From Candidatus Poriferihabitaceae bacterium (GTDB lineage Bacteria; Pseudomonadota; Gammaproteobacteria; Arenicellales; Poriferihabitantaceae): DNA of 64,000 bases. This document shows, piece after piece, positions 38,828 through 47,472 of this stretch. The translations under genes and the position numbers were made by a program. Positions within the stretch are counted from its first letter, which is position 1. Every line of letters starts with the position of its first letter. Location: the NCBI GenBank assembly GCA_965204925.1, contig OZ242021.1:1653500-1717499 (forward strand), in the 5' to 3' direction. The notes beneath the pieces were generated by a model. It worked only from the letters and a program-made list of their open reading frames with translations, was not told the origin of the DNA and ran no database searches.

Positions 38828-39570
38828 CGGATTTGTGGGATCAGTTTTGTTCGGACATCGCTCCTTTCACCGCTTGTGTTTCCACCGAAGAGTTTGATTA
38901 CAGTATCAATATTTCTCTCAGATACCGCTATATCTACGTAGAAAACGCGAAGGTTGCCTGTTCCACGATCAAGTTGATCCTGCAACGCATGGAACTGGAT
39001 GATCCCGATTATCGTCCCGCAGAGTTGCTCGATCTGCACACACGGCTCTTCTCGCCGTTGATCCGCCCTGCCCAGGTCAAGTCTTTCCGGCGCTACGTCA
39101 GACGTCCGGATGTGGTCAAATTCTGCTTTGTCCGCAATCCGTACACCCGATTGTTGTCCGCCTGGCTTGATAAAATCGAAAACAACATGCCGGCAAAAAA
39201 GGAGATACTAAGGCAACTGGGTTGCGACCCGCAAGATTCGGGCCGCGCGGTGTCGTTCGGGGAATTTGTCCGTGTCGTGGCCGGACAATCGGTTGGCGCC
39301 ATGGATCCGCATTGGCGGGTGCAGTATTACCAAACCTTCCAGGACACGATCGATTATGATTTTATCGGGCGCTTCGAGTCGCTGGAACGAGACCTTGAAG
39401 CGGCGCTGGGCGCGATCAATCCGGGATTCCGGGCATTCTGGGGGAGGGAGGACCGCCACGCGACCCACTCACAACGAAAACTGGAGGCCTGCTATACAGA
39501 TCAGCTCGAGGACCTCGTTTACCGGACATACCGCAAGGATTTCCGGCAATTCAACTATGAGCGGATGTAG
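38824..39570 (+). CDS. Sulfotransferase family 2 (carbohydrate sulfotransferase-like)
   Basis: AKVACSTIK (5'-PSB), FVRNPYTRLLSAW (3'-PB), HWRVQ, YDFIGRFE. Confidence 0.88.
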   Translation: MTDLWDQFCSDIAPFTACVSTEEFDYSINISLRYRYIYVENAKVACSTIKLILQRMELDDPDYRPAELLDLHTRLFSPLIRPAQVKSFRRYVRRPDVVKFCFVRNPYTRLLSAWLDKIENNMPAKKEILRQLGCDPQDSGRAVSFGEFVRVVAGQSVGAMDPHWRVQYYQTFQDTIDYDFIGRFESLERDLEAALGAINPGFRAFWGREDRHATHSQRKLEACYTDQLEDLVYRTYRKDFRQFNYERM

Positions 39571-39638
39571 GTCGATGGGATTTTTGCCTTGCCCCGGCTG
39601 ACGAACGGTTGCATGCCCGAAATAAATGCGAGGTAAAT

Positions 39639-40913
39639 GTGAGCGGAAACCCGGAGAAACCGGCTGCCGTTTCAGTCATCATTCCTGCCCTTGACGAGCA
39701 GGATACCGTTGCTGACGTCGTGCGGGCCGCGGCTTTGTCCCCTCTGGTCAACGAAGTGATCGTGGTTGATAACGGTTCCAGCGATGACACGGCTGTGGCA
39801 GCCAGGGCCGCCGGCGCCAGCGTCCTCGTTGAACCGGCCGCCGGGCAGGGTAATGCGTTGCGAACAGGTTACGCCGCGGCGCGCAATGACTGGATCGTGA
39901 AACTCGACGCCGACCTGTCCGCATTCAGCCCAATCCTCGTGGAGACGCTGCAGGGCGCTGTCAGTACGGGGGTGGGGCTGGTAAAAGGGTTGTGGTTCGA
40001 CGCCAACGACAATATGCCGATGACCCGCCTGATGGTCAGCCCGGCGATTGCCATCCTGTTTCCCGGTCTGTCGCATATTCGCGCCGTCAATTCCGGCCTG
40101 TTCCTGTTTGATCGCTCACGCATCGCGGTCGGCGAGTTGACCGGCGGTTATGGCGCGGACCTGGATGTGATGCTGCGCATGCACACGGCAGGATGGGAAA
40201 CGGTTGAAGTGGAAATCGGGTCGATCCGTCACAACACACGCAGCCTCGAACATTACAACAAAATGTCGGAAGCCCTGCTTCGCTTCCTGATCGACCGTTA
40301 TGAACAGGCGCCCGGCAACGATCTGTTCATCGTCGCCAATACCGCCGAAGACCTGATCGGCTGTTGTTTCGGTCTCGCTGCGAAGAAACTGAAAAGCGGC
40401 AGCCGCGTTACGGCATTCCTCGGACATGAGCGGGGATACGGGGCGGCTATCCTGCGAGAGGCGCTTGCCGGCTATCCCACATTTTCTATTGAGCCGGTAT
40501 GCGCTGTCGGTGACGTTGACCCGCTGCCGCCGCGGCGCAAGACAACGATCATTACCCATTGTTTTTCCCCGGCCATTGGCGCGGGCGCCCCGGTAGTCGG
40601 CGCGGCCTTGCGGCTACAGGGAAAGCTCAACCGGACCGGCGGGCATGGAACCCTGCTGAGCATGCCGGTTCATGAAGACGGCCGCCCCCCGAACGACTTC
40701 CATGCCGATGTGCGGGTCGATATCAGTCCGGTCGCGCGCCTGAAAAAACAGGCGCGGGAGGCGTTGGGCGAACGCAGCCAGGCGGGTCGGGAGCGGACCG
40801 GCGAACGCGGCATGGACCGGCTTGTGTGGAACGGGTCATTCAACCCGCAAGCCGTCGAGTCTTTCCGAGCCTTCGACTCCAGGGACATGCCGCCGCCGTT
40901 CACCATCCTGTAG
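39639..40913 (+). CDS. GT2 glycosyltransferase (GpgS-like) fused to a degenerate PIG-L/LmbE-like domain
   Basis: SVIIPALDE, VVDNGSSDDT, LDADL; C-terminal half resembles a PIG-L scaffold lacking the HxDD motif. Confidence 0.75.
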   Translation: MSGNPEKPAAVSVIIPALDEQDTVADVVRAAALSPLVNEVIVVDNGSSDDTAVAARAAGASVLVEPAAGQGNALRTGYAAARNDWIVKLDADLSAFSPILVETLQGAVSTGVGLVKGLWFDANDNMPMTRLMVSPAIAILFPGLSHIRAVNSGLFLFDRSRIAVGELTGGYGADLDVMLRMHTAGWETVEVEIGSIRHNTRSLEHYNKMSEALLRFLIDRYEQAPGNDLFIVANTAEDLIGCCFGLAAKKLKSGSRVTAFLGHERGYGAAILREALAGYPTFSIEPVCAVGDVDPLPPRRKTTIITHCFSPAIGAGAPVVGAALRLQGKLNRTGGHGTLLSMPVHEDGRPPNDFHADVRVDISPVARLKKQAREALGERSQAGRERTGERGMDRLVWNGSFNPQAVESFRAFDSRDMPPPFTIL

Positions 40914-40990
40914 CGGTTATGGTATGCTCCGACCGCCCCTTTCCGAAAGTTACCCCTTAAGAGAGAAAGCAACCGGAGCGTGACTGAAAA

Positions 40991-43900
40991 ATGACCATTC
41001 CGACCATTTTCGAGACCTGCCGACCCCGTTCCGACATACTGCAAGGGGCGGTGAAGGATGAAGATTTCGCGGCTGACCTGGCGCAGGTAATCCGTGGCGC
41101 GGGGTCTGCCGAGTATCTGGACGCCACCCGCTTCTTTGCCAACACATACCCGACCAGGGGATTGCAGAACCTTCTTGCCAATGTCTGCGCGCGGTTGAGT
41201 GGTTCAGGCAATGCCGTCGCTTCCATTTTCCGGCTCGACACTTCTTACGGAGGCGGCAAGTCACATGGACTGATCGCGCTTTGCCACGCCGCGAGACGCG
41301 GGCATGAGACGCCAGACATGGAAGAATTTGTCGACCCCGGGCTGATTCCCCGAGGGCCGGTACGGATTGCCGCTTTTGACGGCGAGAACGCGGACCCGTC
41401 CAATGGGCGTAAAATGGAAGAGGGGTGTCTGGCGTACACTCCATGGGGGGAAATCGCCTGGGCGCTGGGTGGCAAGGATGGCTACGAGCGGGTGCGGGCC
41501 AGTGACGAGAATCGCATTGCGCCGGGCGCCGAAACCCTGCGCGAGCTGTTCGGCGGTGAACCGGTTCTCATCCTTCTGGATGAACTGTCGGTCTATCTTC
41601 GCAAAGTGCGGGGTATGGAGCACGCGCGGGAGCAGCTGACCGCGTTTCTGACCGCCCTGTTCAAGGCGGTCGAAAGCGCGCCCGATGCTGTTCTCGTCTA
41701 TACCCTTGCGGTCGGCAAGGATGGAACGTCTGCCGACGCCTACAGGGAAGAAAATCTGTTCATCGCGGACAAGATGGCCGAGGCAGAAAGCGTTTCGGCG
41801 CGCAAGGCGACGCTTCTGAACCCTACGGAAGAGGACGAAACGGTACAGGTGCTGCGGCGGCGATTGTTCGGGAGCATTGATGAGTCCGCCGCAAGGGACG
41901 CAGCCGATGCCTATCGAAAACTCTGGAATGACCATCGTGACAGTCTTCCCGCGAATGCCGCCGGATCTGAAACCGGCGAGGAGTTTGTGGCCAGCTACCC
42001 CCTGCATCCGGAGGTTCTGGCGACCCTGACCGCCAAGACATCCACCCTGGGAAATTTTCAGCGGGTGAGAGGTATGCTGCGCCTTTTGGCGCGTACCGTC
42101 TCACAGCTTTGGCGGGAGCGACCGGATGACGCCACCGCCATTCATCTGCATCACATTAACCCCGGATTCGAACCGGTTCGACAGGAGATACTGACACGCC
42201 TCGGTCAATCCGCCTTTGCGCCGGCTATTTCCAATGACATCTCCGCGGCGGCCAGGGACAGGCCTTCACTGGCAGAGAGTATCGACGCACAACTTCATCG
42301 TGGATTGCCGCCGTTTACCGCATATGTCGCTCGTACCATATTCATACATACACTCGCCTTCAATGAGCGTCTGAAGGGAATATCCCCCGAGCAACTGCGT
42401 TATTCGATATTGGGACCGCGGGTCGATATCAGCTTCATCGAGGATGCGCGCAAAAAATTCATCGAAGAGTCGGCCTATCTGGATGATCGCCCCGGTGTGT
42501 TGCTGAGCTTCCGGGCCGAGGCCAACCTGAGCCAAATGATCAAGCGCGTGGAAGATCGTGTCGATGCCGAGGAGACGCGCACCGAGCTGCGCGACCGCAT
42601 CGGCCGTATATTTGACGGCAAGGAGTTCCGTGAAGCGCTGTTTCCGGGCGGTCCGTATGAGGCGCCGGACGACATCGGCGATGCTCGTCCGCAGCTGGTT
42701 ATCATGGGCTACGATGCCACGAATGTCGGTGAGTTCGTGGATTCCGTACCGGAATTGGTGGCGCGTATTTTTACGAGAACGGGGGCCGAGGGCGGCGCGT
42801 TAAGAAAATTCCGCAATAATCTGGTATTCGTGGTCGCCGATGAGGGACGCAAGCAGGCAATGCAACGCAGGATAGTGCGGCGGTTCGCGTTGCGGGAGAT
42901 GAAGCAACCGGAAACCTTAAGCGGGCTGGCAGAGTACCAGCAGGACAAGGTGCGCGAACTGGACGCGCGCTCGGAACAGGAGCTCGCGCTGGCTATTCAG
43001 CAATGCTACCGGCATGTATTTTACCCGTCCCGCAACCGTATCGGTACAAGCAATGTCGATCTGGCGCATACGGCGATTGATCTTGATTCCGGTTCCGCGC
43101 AGCCGGGCAAGGGACAAACGCACATCGTGCGCGTATTGCGCAGTCTGAGCAAACTGCGCTTGCCCGAAGATGAGCCGGATTCCCCCGCATATGTGCGTGA
43201 CCGCACGCCGCTGAAAAAACATGGACAGATTTCGGTAAGGTCGTTGCGCGACGAGTTTCGCGCCGACCCGGCCTTGCCGATGCTGGTCGGGGATGAGGTA
43301 TTCGTTCGCGGGATAAGAACAGGCATTGAGCAGGGCGAGTATGTGTATCGGCGCGGAGACTTGATTTATGGGCCGGGCGACCCCGGTGTCGGCATTGACA
43401 TTGACGAACAGTCGATGATTTTCACGATGGCTTTCGCGAAGGAGAAGGGTCTGTGGCCGCGCCCGCCGGCCGTTGCGCCCGCGCCCGAGCCGGCTGCGGC
43501 CGATCAGGTTGCAGACGCGGCGGCAGGCGGATGGGCAGCAGCCCCTCGCCCATGCGGGCCTGATGACCCGCAAACTCCCGCAGAGACTGCAACTTCGCTG
43601 GATTGCGAAGGGCCGCTTCGTGAAGCGCTGGTGCGTCTTTGGGAAAAGGTTCGCGCGTACAAGGTGGATGCCATTGCGGGTTTGAATATTCGTATGTTCG
43701 ATGCTCTTGACGCCTTTCCTCTGATTAGCGTGGTGGGCGCCATCTCCGGGGCGGACAAGACTGTCACCATAAATGGCGGCTACGAGACCCCTGCGGGCGG
43801 GGAGTTGCGGCTGGATTTCCGGGGCTGTGCAGCCGACGCGCAACCGTTGCGGGAATTTCTTGAGCCGCAACTGCGGGCCGCCGGCGCCGGTTCTGCGCAA

Positions 43901-44038
43901 TTCGAGGTCGGTTTCGAGCTGGTGTTCGCGGGCGGATTGTCAATGAAGGGGCAGGATGCAGAGAAACTGACTGAACGACTGAGTCGGTATGCCAGCGGCG
44001 CCGCCCATGTTTCCAGTACTGTGGACACCGCAAAGTAG
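40991..44038 (+). CDS. DUF499 family ATPase
   Basis: FAADL, FFANTYPT.GL, Walker A YGGGKSH, Walker B LILLDE, YPLHPE, FQRVRGMLR. Confidence 0.9.
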   Translation: MTIPTIFETCRPRSDILQGAVKDEDFAADLAQVIRGAGSAEYLDATRFFANTYPTRGLQNLLANVCARLSGSGNAVASIFRLDTSYGGGKSHGLIALCHAARRGHETPDMEEFVDPGLIPRGPVRIAAFDGENADPSNGRKMEEGCLAYTPWGEIAWALGGKDGYERVRASDENRIAPGAETLRELFGGEPVLILLDELSVYLRKVRGMEHAREQLTAFLTALFKAVESAPDAVLVYTLAVGKDGTSADAYREENLFIADKMAEAESVSARKATLLNPTEEDETVQVLRRRLFGSIDESAARDAADAYRKLWNDHRDSLPANAAGSETGEEFVASYPLHPEVLATLTAKTSTLGNFQRVRGMLRLLARTVSQLWRERPDDATAIHLHHINPGFEPVRQEILTRLGQSAFAPAISNDISAAARDRPSLAESIDAQLHRGLPPFTAYVARTIFIHTLAFNERLKGISPEQLRYSILGPRVDISFIEDARKKFIEESAYLDDRPGVLLSFRAEANLSQMIKRVEDRVDAEETRTELRDRIGRIFDGKEFREALFPGGPYEAPDDIGDARPQLVIMGYDATNVGEFVDSVPELVARIFTRTGAEGGALRKFRNNLVFVVADEGRKQAMQRRIVRRFALREMKQPETLSGLAEYQQDKVRELDARSEQELALAIQQCYRHVFYPSRNRIGTSNVDLAHTAIDLDSGSAQPGKGQTHIVRVLRSLSKLRLPEDEPDSPAYVRDRTPLKKHGQISVRSLRDEFRADPALPMLVGDEVFVRGIRTGIEQGEYVYRRGDLIYGPGDPGVGIDIDEQSMIFTMAFAKEKGLWPRPPAVAPAPEPAAADQVADAAAGGWAAAPRPCGPDDPQTPAETATSLDCEGPLREALVRLWEKVRAYKVDAIAGLNIRMFDALDAFPLISVVGAISGADKTVTINGGYETPAGGELRLDFRGCAADAQPLREFLEPQLRAAGAGSAQFEVGFELVFAGGLSMKGQDAEKLTERLSRYASGAAHVSSTVDTAK

Positions 44039-44041
44039 GCC

Positions 44042-44518
44042 ATGCGTATGCGACTCATGGACGGCGTGACGACCGCAAGCGCCACCCCCCGCTATGAACT
44101 GCGGGTGCGGCGGCATGGGCCGGCGGATAGCGCGTACGAGATTTGGCAGTTGCCGGCTCCCGCCTCGCCGCATGTGAAAAGCGCGCAACGGGTGGCGGGC
44201 CTGAGAGGACGCAATCTGGATATGGTGGAGCGCCGTGTGCTCAAAAGGCTTGCGCAAGGAGGTGTCAAACCGGGCATGAAGGCTGGTTGCGGGGAATCGG
44301 GTTACGCATTGGGTGAGGACATGGCGCTTGTACTGGGACTGCTTTTTCGTACCCTGGCGCCGATGCGAAGTCGTGATAACATGCGCGCGGTTACGCAAGG
44401 GATCGAAGCGATGGAGCATGAGGAAGCGGCGTACTGGTTGGGCATGGCCATGCACCGCAAGCATCCGCGCCGGGCGCTGGCGGCGCTGCGTTGTCTGTTG
44501 ACGGAACCGGGGCGGTAG
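44042..44518 (+). CDS. Small accessory protein of the DUF499 system (occupies the DUF3780 position)
   Basis: 3 bp after the ATPase stop; LGLLF..LAP, EEAAYWL..A, AALR.LL pattern; family inferred from position. Confidence 0.7.
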   Translation: MRMRLMDGVTTASATPRYELRVRRHGPADSAYEIWQLPAPASPHVKSAQRVAGLRGRNLDMVERRVLKRLAQGGVKPGMKAGCGESGYALGEDMALVLGLLFRTLAPMRSRDNMRAVTQGIEAMEHEEAAYWLGMAMHRKHPRRALAALRCLLTEPGR

Positions 44519-44588
44519 GAGCGCATTATGTGCATTACCGAATGTCCATATCATGTCATTGGCAAAAGACAAATAAGGCGAAAACACC

Positions 44589-45214
44589 ATGAGAGAGCCA
44601 AGAAATATTGCAGTGGACAGAAGTCTCAACGAGGAGTCCGGTGAGAATGTAACCTCGGTTGGAGAATCACAAGGAGGGCCACAACATGTCCCGTACTTGC
44701 CGACAGCCCGGCAGTATGAGGCTTTGATCAACCGGGCATTGATCACGGACAGGCAGACGACAGAGCACAATACGCCCGACAAGACGGCATATCAGCAAAC
44801 AATTTCTCTTGATTCCACCAGAAAATATGACCAGATTGTCCCTGTACCGGATTTCCGCCAGCGGTGAGAGCCAAACCTTGTATGAGCACGTTTCGTGCAT
44901 TACAGGAATGGGAAGGGTATGTCGTTGAAATTAGAGAGGATGAGTTTGTTGCCAGATTGGTCGATTTGACGGCGGGAAAAAAATATGAAAGCGAAGAAGC
45001 GGTTATTCCTATGGTCGAAATCTCTGATCATGACGCATCCCGTATAGCCATCGGCAGCATTTTTCGGTGGGTGATCGGCTATGAACGCTCTCCCGAAGGA
45101 ACCCGGAAGCGAGTATCGCAGATCGTTTTTCGGGATCTGCCCAGAATGACCGAAAAGGATTTTGCGGATGGAAGAGAGTGGGCCAAAGGAATTCTGGCAG
45201 CTTTCGATATGTGA
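44589..45214 (+). pseudogene. Hypothetical protein with LQEWEGYV..FRWVIGY beta-rich domain, probably one frameshifted gene
   Basis: ORFs 44589-44867 and 44864-45214 join as VPDF-PPAVRAKP if one T is added to the T run at 44852-44854; the downstream ORF could also be expressed alone. Confidence 0.6.
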
Positions 45215-46298
45215 AAACCATGGAGGAGCCGCCGCGAGACTGCGAAATCGAATTGACACTTCTTGGTCCCGGCTATGGTGAAAGTATCCTGATTCATATC
45301 GGTGATGGTAAATGGGTCATCGTCGACTCTTTTCCTGATTCTGACGAACGGCCGGTAGCCTTGGGGTATCTGGAAGAGATTGGTGTTGATCCTGCACAAG
45401 CCGTTGTGTTGATTGTGGCAACGCACTGGCATGACGATCACATTCGTGGTATCTCGCAGTTAGTCGAACGATGCTCTGTGGCAGAATTTTGCTGTGCAAG
45501 CGCTCTGTGCCGAAAGGAGTTCCTGACTCTGGCGGGGGCGCTGGAAGGCCGGCATTTTTCCGCTTCGGGTTCCGGGCTGCGTGAATTGTACAGTGTGTTC
45601 TCCTACCTGAAATCAGCGAGGAGAAAGCCGGCATACGCAATCGCCAATCGTATGATCTACCAAACTCAGGCTTGCTCTGTTTGGTCACTTTCCCCGAGTG
45701 ATGAGATTTTTCAGTCCTTTTTGCAGTCTGTGCAGTCCCTGATTCCTGGCGCAGGTGACGGAAAAACAATAATTCCGTCCCTTTCTCCCAATAAGGCTGC
45801 GGTTGTGTTGTGGGTGAGTTTTCAGCGCTTCTCGCTTCTGCTTGGGGCGGATTTGGAAAGAAGGGGGTGGCAACTGATCTCAATAACGGGATGTGTCCCG
45901 CGGGTAAGGCATCGGTATTCAAAATCCCTCATCATGGCTCAGGCAATGCCGACGAACAGGGTATATGGAACCGGCTGCTGGAGCCAGCGCCATATGCGGT
46001 TTTGGCTCCCTGGCATCGGGGCGGCCATGTTTTGCCAACAGCACAGGATATTCATCGTATTTGTATTTCCACTCCCAACGCTTACGCATCCGCCAGGACA
46101 ACACAACAAGCCCGTTCCGGTTCCGGTCGCACAACAGGGATGGTGGCAAAGACTCTGCGGGAAACGGATGCCCGGGTCTATTCGCTGCCTGCTAAAGTCG
46201 GTTCTGTGCAATTACGGCATCCTCTGGCTTCCACAACAACCCGGTGGTCGGTCGCATTGTCCGGAGATGCGCATCGTCTCAAGCAAACTGCAGATTAG
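45211..46298 (+). pseudogene. ComEC/Rec2-like MBL-fold hydrolase, frameshifted
   Basis: GYGES, VDS, THWHDDH, LGADLE in one frame; KIPHHGS and the C-terminus in another; 1-nt loss near 45880. Confidence 0.85.
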
Positions 46299-46350
46299 TG
46301 TCGCCGAAAGATACTCGACTGATTGAAGCTGGCTGCCGGTCGCGGAGGGT
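46298..46350 (+). repeat. Degenerate copy of the DUF1156 gene 5' end
   Basis: GAAAGATACTCGACTGATTGAA at 46306-46327 is identical to 47478-47499; GCTGGCTGCCG follows in both, with one C missing in this copy. Confidence 0.92.
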
Positions 46351-46354
46351 GTAG

Positions 46355-46573
46355 GGAGAGCGTGCGTGGTTTTCCGATTCCTCGACAACCGAAAAGCACA
46401 AATTCCACGATAAACTTACTTTCGGGCGCCCGGATGGTTCAACGAATCCGTTGTTTTGCCCCTGGCGCGGGAAGATATCTCATCAGACTTTACGGTTGCA
46501 TTTTTCATGGCCTGTTGGTGTCGGGGAGGAGATTTATATCGTTTATGCCGGACCCAAAATCACAAGGCGGTAA
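46355..46573 (+). pseudogene. Start-less 3' remnant of a gene with a RelE-like C-terminal domain
   Basis: Manual translation GERAWFSDSSTTEKHKFHDKLTFGRPDGSTNPLFCPWRGKISHQTLRLHFSWPVGVGEEIYIVYAGPKITRR*; not in the ORF track. Confidence 0.6.
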
Positions 46574-46576
46574 GAG

Positions 46577-46619
46577 ATTGTCAGGTATTGCTTGACAATA
46601 TCTCCGGGTATGGTAGCTT
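46577..46619 (+). promoter_or_regulatory. higBA promoter and operator
   Basis: TTGACA (46592-97)-N16-TAGCTT with TG extension; inverted repeat ATTGTCA-N9-TGACAAT (46577-46599) over the -35. Confidence 0.7.
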
Positions 46620-46626
46620 TGCGGTC

Positions 46627-46906
46627 GTGATCAGCAGTATTCGGCATAAGGCGTTACGGGTTTACTGGAGCAAGGGGCAAAGGCGAGGATTGAATAGCGA
46701 ATGGATACAAAAACTTCGGCGGATTCTGTCAGCTCTGGAAGCTGCCGAGCGGCCTGATCACATGAACTATCCCGGATCGTAACTTTCACTTACTGAAGGG
46801 GGGCGGGGCGGGGCGCTATGCCGTTCGTTTGACCGCCAACTATCGCGTGACCTTCGGGTGGGATGGAGACAGCGCCGTGGATGTGGACATAGAGGACTAC
46901 CACTAA
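46627..46906 (+). pseudogene. higB: HigB (RelE/ParE family) toxin, disrupted
   Basis: ISSIRHKALR..RRILSALEAA..PGS then TAA at 46780; continues in the +1 frame as FHLLKG..GRYAVRLTANYRVTF..VDIEDYH*. Confidence 0.9.
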
Positions 46907-47214
46907 TGATCGAAAGACATCCTTCCGTAGAACCTGTGCACCCCGGGGAGGTCTTGCGCGAGGATATTATGCCGGTACTTTCCCTGAACAAGACAGCCGT
47001 AGCCGATGCTCTCGGGATATCCCGACAAACGTTGTACGGTATCCTGAACGAGAAGCAGCCGGTTACCGCCGGCATGGCGGTGCGGTTTGGCAAGCTGTTC
47101 GGCAATGGTGGTATTTTTTGGATGAATCTGCAACGCAACCATGACCTCGCGGTCGCAGAGCGCACGGTAGATGTGTCGAGAATACAGACTGTTGAGGCAC
47201 AGGTCGGGAAATGA
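46906..47214 (+). CDS. higA: HigA antitoxin (XRE HTH)
   Basis: PVHPGEVLRED, ADALGISRQTL..ILNE, FWMNLQ..HDL; TAATG coupling to higB. Confidence 0.93.
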   Translation: MIERHPSVEPVHPGEVLREDIMPVLSLNKTAVADALGISRQTLYGILNEKQPVTAGMAVRFGKLFGNGGIFWMNLQRNHDLAVAERTVDVSRIQTVEAQVGK

Positions 47215-47261
47215 AGAATACAGTTACCGGGATTTACGTTCCTGGTGGCGCCTGCCAACGA

Positions 47262-47395
47262 CCACTCCCCTCTTGACGGGGAGTCAGGAAGCCAGAGGCT
47301 ACAGCCCGCCGACCGGCGGGGATACGTACCTGCTTATCCTGCCGCCGAATCATCCTGCGAACCGGCTTCTTCGACTCCCCCGGCAAGGGGAGTGG
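47262..47395. repeat. REP/MITE-like palindromic element
   Basis: CCACTCCCCTCTTGACGGGGAGTCAGGAAGCC ... GGCTTCTTCGACTCCCCCGGCAAGGGGAGTGG: imperfect terminal inverted repeats of about 32 bp, each itself a hairpin. Confidence 0.75.
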
Positions 47396-47472
47396 CGGGT
47401 ATATGCAGAATATAATGCGGACGCGCAGGGGCGCCCCTGCGGGATCATTAAACCATGGTACATGGTATTGTC

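Noticed and set aside
46795..46815. G-rich tract in higB as a phase-variation switch or G-quadruplex
   Set aside because: The frame through the tract is consistent with the HigB C-terminus; the disrupting base is upstream at about 46781, outside the G run.
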